Shown piece by piece: positions 28,620 through 34,108 of a stretch of 34,108 nt of DNA. Position 1 is the first letter of the stretch, and each line of letters starts with the position of its first letter. A program made the position numbers and the translations under genes. Location: NCBI GenBank assembly GCA_043825875.1, contig JBDRRF010000053.1, forward strand, positions 1 through 34,108, written 5' to 3'. The notes below the pieces were generated by a model, which worked only from the letters and a program-made list of their open reading frames with translations, did no database searches and was not told the origin of the DNA. The stretch is from Pseudomonadota bacterium (GTDB lineage Bacteria > Desulfobacterota > Desulfobacteria > Desulfobacterales > RPRI01).

Positions 28620-29325
28620 TTATTCTACCCCCTGGAAACTTAAAACATCTTTAGGTAGTTTTCTATCCATAGCATCTTGACATGTTTTGATTTGCACATT
28701 GGCTGAGCCTGCTAAGAGAATAGTAGGGTAATTGTTCGCAATAAATTTATATTGTATTATAGCTTTTTCATATTCTTTTAATCTCATTAAATTCATTCCT
28801 ATATACATATGAAATATTACACTTATATTTATTTCATCGGATAAATTTGAATCGAAAAGCTTCCTATAATTGTTAAAAATTGATTTTTCCATCGCATTTT
28901 TTGTCACTTTATCAAGTCTATCTTTAGAGGCAATAGCAATATAATCTTTGAGAATGTTTATGGCCTTTTGAATCAGCACTTTATTTTGGGGATCTATTTC
29001 GACTAGTGTATTATACAAGACAGCTCGACAGAAAATCGAATCAATTACCCACCTTTTAGAGGCTGCTGTTTCTGCAAAATAGTTAAAAGCATTATCTATA
29101 TCATCCCATTCCTGTGCTGTTCTTTTATAGAAAGAACTCAATAATTTCTTATCTTTCCAAAAAGCAGTTACATATCCTACCTTCTTCTTTTTGACGGGAA
29201 TCTTCTCATATTCTATCAGCAAAGCATTTAATTTTTTTATCATCTTGTGATAAATCACTACCACATGCTTCAATGTTTATTAATAAAATTAAAGAAATAA
29301 AAATATATGTTATTATTTTAAGCAT
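28620..29325 (-). pseudogene. Frameshifted exported protein with TPR-like C-terminus
   Basis: The ATG at 29325 gives MLKIITYIFISLILLINIEACGSDLSQDDKK. Removing one base of the A7 run (29232-29238) joins it to the 217 aa ORF at LNALLIEYEK. Confidence 0.6.
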
Positions 29326-29459
29326 AAAGTATTTCTATCACTACTCTATATTTCTTGGGTCACAGCAACCATAGTAATAGCCTCATTAGTTAACCAGTGT
29401 TTACTAATCGGCATCTGCGAATGATTACAACATCCTATATCGATATCCCAATTTTCCCC

Positions 29460-29885
29460 TTATACAATTCTATTCGTAAGGCTATATAGAAATATTTCAT
29501 ATTTTATGCTGTCCCCAACTTCAACAAGTCTAAAAAAATAAATGCCACAAACAGAATAATATTTTCCGATTTCTAAAGGGACTGCTGGAATAACTTCGTT
29601 ATAGCCTTTCGGTATATTGCCATATATAACATGATTCACACCATCGTTAGAAGTAGGCTCTAACCACCACATCTTTTTTATAAATTCTTCTTTCTCATTG
29701 ACCTCCCTAATATCAATAAAAGCAAATTTTACTCCAGACCCTTTACATTTTTCAGACGTACTAAAACAAAAATGAGGTTGTGTTGGATTGCTCGTATCAA
29801 TAATAGAGAAATACCACTTTTTGGGACAACCAACGATAAATAAAAATAAGAAGAAAAGTACAAAATATTTTTTCAAATTATTCAT
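29460..29885 (-). CDS. Hypothetical lipoprotein
   Basis: MNNLKKYFVLFFLFLFIVG-C has a basic N-region, hydrophobic core and lipobox IVGC. The start may instead be at 29903. Confidence 0.7.
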   Translation of the reverse strand: MNNLKKYFVLFFLFLFIVGCPKKWYFSIIDTSNPTQPHFCFSTSEKCKGSGVKFAFIDIREVNEKEEFIKKMWWLEPTSNDGVNHVIYGNIPKGYNEVIPAVPLEIGKYYSVCGIYFFRLVEVGDSIKYEIFLYSLTNRIV

Positions 29886-30041
29886 ACACATAAATAAAAA
29901 CATCCCTATATTTCAAAAAATTATTTCAAATACTATGTTTTTCAAATTTGGCTTTGGTTCTATAAAAAACAGTTATAGCAATTACAACTAAACAATCGGA
30001 ATATTGTTATGACAAACTCTGTATATCAAAAAAAGCAAATA

Positions 30042-30740
30042 TCAGATCAGCCCGCGGATCAAAACCGCTATGATTAAAAGAGCAGCGATTATTATGGCAA
30101 TACGAGCAGGTTTCACCAGAAAATTTTCGCGAAATTTAGTCTTAAGTGTCGTGCTGCCTTCGTTAAGGTGCGGGAAAGGTGTGTCTTTCGGGATATCACA
30201 GTTCAGGAAAGCACATAATGGTTCCCATCCTTCCTTTACACGAAATACAAGGAGACGATCACCTGGTACCGTTTCTTGTACCTTAAGAATATGTCGTTCA
30301 TAGCCTTCAATGAATGCTTTTCTGTCTCTGGTTGGAGATATAAACTTGTCGCAAAGACTATCCACCAATCGGATAAACCGCCCCAAAGTCGGAATTGCAT
30401 ATCCTATGGGACGCAATGGTTTCATCGTTTTAAACAAAGTCATTATGCTTTCATACCAGCGATTTGAGTCCCTGACTGTAAGGACTACTTTGGCATCAGG
30501 AAATTCGCGGAGAAGTTCTGCATAATAAAAGCATGCTGGTGCATCAACAGTAGCCTGATAGTCTTGAAAAAGCTTCTTCCAATCTATACCTCTTCCTTTG
30601 ACCAGGTCAGTCCATGCTTGAACGTGACCCTTTTCTCGCGATACATTTTGCATATGATAACAACGATAACCGAGCCTGGTAAGCGCTGCCTGCATCGACA
30701 TAGTTCCAGTGCGCGGGAATCCCGCTCCGATAACTTTCAT
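30042..30740 (-). CDS. Sulfotransferase-family (Sulfotransfer_4-type) P-loop protein with C-terminal TM helix
   Basis: KVIGAGFPRTGT, CYHM, AKVVLTVRD..RWYES, EGWEPLCAFL and PFPHLN; AGGAG RBS. Confidence 0.88.
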   Translation of the reverse strand: MKVIGAGFPRTGTMSMQAALTRLGYRCYHMQNVSREKGHVQAWTDLVKGRGIDWKKLFQDYQATVDAPACFYYAELLREFPDAKVVLTVRDSNRWYESIMTLFKTMKPLRPIGYAIPTLGRFIRLVDSLCDKFISPTRDRKAFIEGYERHILKVQETVPGDRLLVFRVKEGWEPLCAFLNCDIPKDTPFPHLNEGSTTLKTKFRENFLVKPARIAIIIAALLIIAVLIRGLI

Positions 30741-30853
30741 AGCTATATTTCTCCTATTACCTGAATTTTAAAATAATCTTTTTGTCATTGATAAGATGAT
30801 TTAAAACTATAACCACAAGCGTAATAGCGCGTCCTCTAGTTATTCAGTTCCTT

Positions 30854-31477
30854 TCAATTCAAGCCTGACCCTTTTGTTTTTTTATCTTTAAGGCAGTTAA
30901 ATACTTCTATTGCTTTTTGCTTTGTAGCTTCAATACTTTCGCTGTTATCAATTACTATTGTGGCATGCTGTTTTTTTTCTTCTATCGGCATCTGTGAACG
31001 AATCTTATACATTGCATCAGTTTCGGAAATTGAGTCTCTTTCCATAAGCCTTTTTAACTGAATTTCTTCAGGTATATAAACAAGGATCACATCTTCAAAC
31101 CTTTTATACGTTCCTGACTCGATAAGAAGAGGAATATCAAGGATTAGTACCGAATCAGGAGATGATTGCCTGGTTTCTTCCACCATTTCAAACATTTTTT
31201 TTGAAACATATGGATGCACAATTTTGTTCAAGACCACTTTTTTGCTATGGTCCCTGAAAATAATATCACCAAGATAAGTTCTGTTTATTTCCCCATCGGC
31301 AAGAAGTACTTCTTTGCCAAAGGCTTTAATAATATCATGCCAGGCCGGACTGTTTTTTATAACAGCTTCTTTTGCAATAATGTCCGCATCTATGATTGTT
31401 GCACCTGCTTCTTTTAAAAAAGAGGATACTGTGCTTTTGCCTGTTGCTATTCCGCCTGTTAGTCCGGCTGTAATCAA
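30854..31477 (-). CDS. coaE: Dephospho-CoA kinase
   Basis: GLTGGIATGKS, IDAD, IVHP, DIPLL, RLMERD and IDN. Confidence 0.96.
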   Translation of the reverse strand: MITAGLTGGIATGKSTVSSFLKEAGATIIDADIIAKEAVIKNSPAWHDIIKAFGKEVLLADGEINRTYLGDIIFRDHSKKVVLNKIVHPYVSKKMFEMVEETRQSSPDSVLILDIPLLIESGTYKRFEDVILVYIPEEIQLKRLMERDSISETDAMYKIRSQMPIEEKKQHATIVIDNSESIEATKQKAIEVFNCLKDKKTKGSGLN

Positions 31478-31503
31478 AATATGACTCTCCTGTTTAAAAA
31501 ATG

Positions 31504-32607
31504 TTAAGCGTTAAGTGTTTTTTCAGAACTCCTGCTGAAAAGTATGAAATAAAGCATAACAGCGTAAAGAATTACTGCAAAAACAGCAAAGGGTTTAAAA
31601 TAGTAACCCAATGGCGCAAGGATTACTACCGTAATCCAGTGAACAACAATAATAGCTTTTGAGTCAAGCATTATCGGAAAATCATTGTATCTGCATAAGA
31701 TCGCAAGCCCGCTTAAATTCCATCCGTAAAGAGAAGCAAAGGCATGCAGCCTTAACAGGAGTTTTAATTCATCCTGGTTGTAACCGGGAAGAAATTTCAT
31801 AATAATATACAGTATGCCTGTCACAGCAGTAAAAAGAAGAAATACCATACCTGAAGTCAAAAAGTTTTTCTGTTGAGCTTTTATTCCAAGTTTTGCAAAA
31901 AGCACAAAAATCATAACTACCGCAAAAAAAAGAAGAGTTGTTACAATAAGCTGGGATTTGAGTTTTTCAAACATGATAAAAAGAAAAAATATTATTACCC
32001 CAAGATTAACCATCCAGAAACCGGCATCTTTTAACAGACGTATGTTAAAACTTGCATCATCTTTCATAAGAGAAAACATTACAGACATTGTAATTAAGGA
32101 TAAAGGAAATGAAAATCCCAAAAAAAATGTATCCATTGTAAGTTTTGAAAAAGATACAAGCCTTAAATATTCGTTATTTGCTATAACAAGAGCAGATATT
32201 ACAAGTCCGACCGAAAGACATAAAAGAGATGCCTGATGAAACTTTTCTGAAACAGGCGAATAACTGAAAAAATTGTACGGGAAAAAAGTAAATTTCTTAA
32301 GTCTTATTTTTTCAACAATAACAGCAAGCGCCAAGGCTATAAGCATTGAAACAAAATAAAGCTTTAAAAAAGCAAAAAGCGCGTAACTTAATGCAAGGAT
32401 GGAAAAGAGAAGAGTTTTTTTTGTAAGATGTTCTTTGCCTTCGCTGAAATACAACAGTATAGTTCCGCCGCTGCATAAATTAAAAAGAAATATATGAAGT
32501 CTCTCAAAATTATATATTTTTCCATCTATAATAAAAATATGAAGAAAGCCGAAGAAAAGTGCAAGCGTCATCAAAATCATCAAATAAGCTTTTAGTTTTA
32601 CCGACAT
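31504..32607 (-). CDS. Polytopic membrane protein of unknown function
   Basis: About 12 hydrophobic segments, with His-containing motifs ERLHIFLFNL and RLHAFASLYGW. Confidence 0.8.
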   Translation of the reverse strand: MSVKLKAYLMILMTLALFFGFLHIFIIDGKIYNFERLHIFLFNLCSGGTILLYFSEGKEHLTKKTLLFSILALSYALFAFLKLYFVSMLIALALAVIVEKIRLKKFTFFPYNFFSYSPVSEKFHQASLLCLSVGLVISALVIANNEYLRLVSFSKLTMDTFFLGFSFPLSLITMSVMFSLMKDDASFNIRLLKDAGFWMVNLGVIIFFLFIMFEKLKSQLIVTTLLFFAVVMIFVLFAKLGIKAQQKNFLTSGMVFLLFTAVTGILYIIMKFLPGYNQDELKLLLRLHAFASLYGWNLSGLAILCRYNDFPIMLDSKAIIVVHWITVVILAPLGYYFKPFAVFAVILYAVMLYFILFSRSSEKTLNA

Positions 32608-32656
32608 TCTTCTTCCATCTCTTTATGCTTTGCTCTCAAAAAAATTATCTAAAAAC

Positions 32657-33427
32657 CTATAGCTTTGAATCAACATAATCAAATGCCGTTTTTACAAGTT
32701 CCGATATTTCTTTATTAGCGGGAAGAGTTTTTGCTATCATTTCTAAATAACAATTATTCTTTAATATTTTAAATGACGGTATAAAATTTATGTCAAACAC
32801 CCAGCCTATCTGAAGCAGTTTAAAATCATTTAATGTTTTTAAATCCTTCATATCAATAATTGCATGTTTATAAAAAGAATCAATAATGTGTTTTGAACAC
32901 ACAGGTTCATCCGGAAGGTCAAGCGCTATGGTGTTGCCCGGCCATTTTTCTCTGTAATAATCTGCAAAAACCCTCCAGATATCCAGTTTGTCTGCATCTC
33001 TTATCAGCTTTATAAAAAAAAGCGTTTTTTCATCTTCTTTGGGAAGAGATAAGGCATTATGATATGCTATAGCCTTCGCTATCAAGCGTTTGTCAGTTTT
33101 TGAAAATTTTGACAATACTTTGTGAATCCCTATCTGCTTCAACCCCAGTCTGGCATGATTTTCAGAAATAGAATCAACGAAAGTATTATATAACTCATAC
33201 TGCCGGAACCTTCCGATATCATGTAGTAATGCAATAACTTCTGCAATTATCAAATCCTGCGATTCAAGACCAAGCTCTTTGCCTATCATTGTTATATTAC
33301 TGCAAACACGCCTGGTATGATGTTCTTTAAGGCTTACGGGGCGGTTATATTCCGGGTCATCTTTATAGAAGCCCGACACATAACCGGCAAACCAGCTTTT
33401 TAAAAAGGTTAAGGTATCCGTGTTCAT
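32657..33427 (-). CDS. HD-domain phosphohydrolase
   Basis: KEHHTRRV, LLHDIGRF, NHARLG, IAYHN and IRDADKLD. Confidence 0.9.
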   Translation of the reverse strand: MNTDTLTFLKSWFAGYVSGFYKDDPEYNRPVSLKEHHTRRVCSNITMIGKELGLESQDLIIAEVIALLHDIGRFRQYELYNTFVDSISENHARLGLKQIGIHKVLSKFSKTDKRLIAKAIAYHNALSLPKEDEKTLFFIKLIRDADKLDIWRVFADYYREKWPGNTIALDLPDEPVCSKHIIDSFYKHAIIDMKDLKTLNDFKLLQIGWVFDINFIPSFKILKNNCYLEMIAKTLPANKEISELVKTAFDYVDSKL

Positions 33428-33906
33428 AGAAACTTATTTTCTATAAGATCGGCTATGCCATTTATATCTTTATGAGAAAATTTTGGCACAGTGATATCTA
33501 TTTTATCATCTGTTACAAATGCAAACAGGTTATTATCATCAATGCAGGCAGGTTCCTCGTGTCTGGCTTTTCTGAAAACCTCAATTTTAGGCTTATTATC
33601 TTTTTTGAATCCTTCGGTTATTATAATATCCACACCGGTAATATAGCCTGCTATCAAATCAAGAGACTCACCGTCATTATTTTTATTTATCACAATGCGA
33701 TCTTTTGAAACAATTATTGTAGTATCTGCTCCGGCATCAATATGACGCTGGCTGTCTTTTCCTTTCTTATCCATATCAAAACCGTGAAAGGCATGTTTTA
33801 AAGTACCTATTTTATATCCCCTTTTTTTAAGTTCGAGGATCAATCTTTCAATAAGTGTTGTTTTACCTGATTCAGCTTTGCCAACTATTGATATAATGGG
33901 GGTCAT
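33424..33906 (-). CDS. mobB: Molybdopterin-guanine dinucleotide biosynthesis protein B
   Basis: SIVGKAESGKTTL, LKHAFHGFDMDKKGKDS and EGFK. Confidence 0.93.
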   Translation of the reverse strand: MTPIISIVGKAESGKTTLIERLILELKKRGYKIGTLKHAFHGFDMDKKGKDSQRHIDAGADTTIIVSKDRIVINKNNDGESLDLIAGYITGVDIIITEGFKKDNKPKIEVFRKARHEEPACIDDNNLFAFVTDDKIDITVPKFSHKDINGIADLIENKFL

Positions 33907-33966
33907 TATGTATTACCTGAATGGTTTTTAGTTTTGGTTATTCTTCTGATTTTTCCGTACCCTTAA

Positions 33967-34108
33967 GAGCCAGTTTCAAAACGCCCCATTTTGGCCGATC
34001 TCTGCGTTGGGCTCAAATTTCAATCCTCGAAATACTCTATGTATTCCTGTGGTTGAAATTTTCTCCCGCCTTGAGCTTGACCAAACTGAAACGTTTTGAA
34101 AGTGGCTC
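33967..34108 (-). mobile_element. MITE-like repeat, copy 3 (142 bp short variant), ending exactly at the contig end
   Basis: Reverse complement of copies 1 and 2 but lacking the internal AGCGCTAAAGCTTCACTTYGTGC segment; preceded by TTAA. Confidence 0.9.

Noticed and set aside
1266..34108. Repeat copies as a CRISPR array, attC sites or tRNA
   Set aside because: The copies are dispersed, 142-165 bp long and have TIRs; there is no repeat-spacer periodicity, integrase or cloverleaf.

Overview
A 34 kb, AT-rich bacterial contig. Its gene content and order suggest a sulfate-reducing deltaproteobacterium (Desulfobacterales-like; inference). It is mostly housekeeping: leuS-lptE, rpsT, murJ-ftsB-TPR-yqgE, lptD-nusG paralog-ihfB-holB-PSP1-metG, surE-yhaM-tmk, a ferredoxin, coaE and mobB. 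It also carries a Tat-exported IorAB-type molybdoenzyme, a second divergent murJ and a small AT-rich accessory island. Both contig ends fall in repeats: a probable IS end on the left and a MITE copy on the right. The most striking feature is a ~760 aa cysteine synthase (CysM-type) fused to a cysteinyl-tRNA synthetase-like domain. That domain keeps the Zn/cysteine ligands and the anticodon-binding helix but has lost its ATP-binding motifs (HIGH->HPGE, GGGxD->TSSRE, KMSKS->KVDES), which suggests a pseudo-synthetase with a sensing or tRNA-targeting role. Three copies of a structured 142-165 bp MITE are present; one is inserted at a Shine-Dalgarno site with a 4-bp target duplication. No rRNA, tRNA or CRISPR array was recognised.
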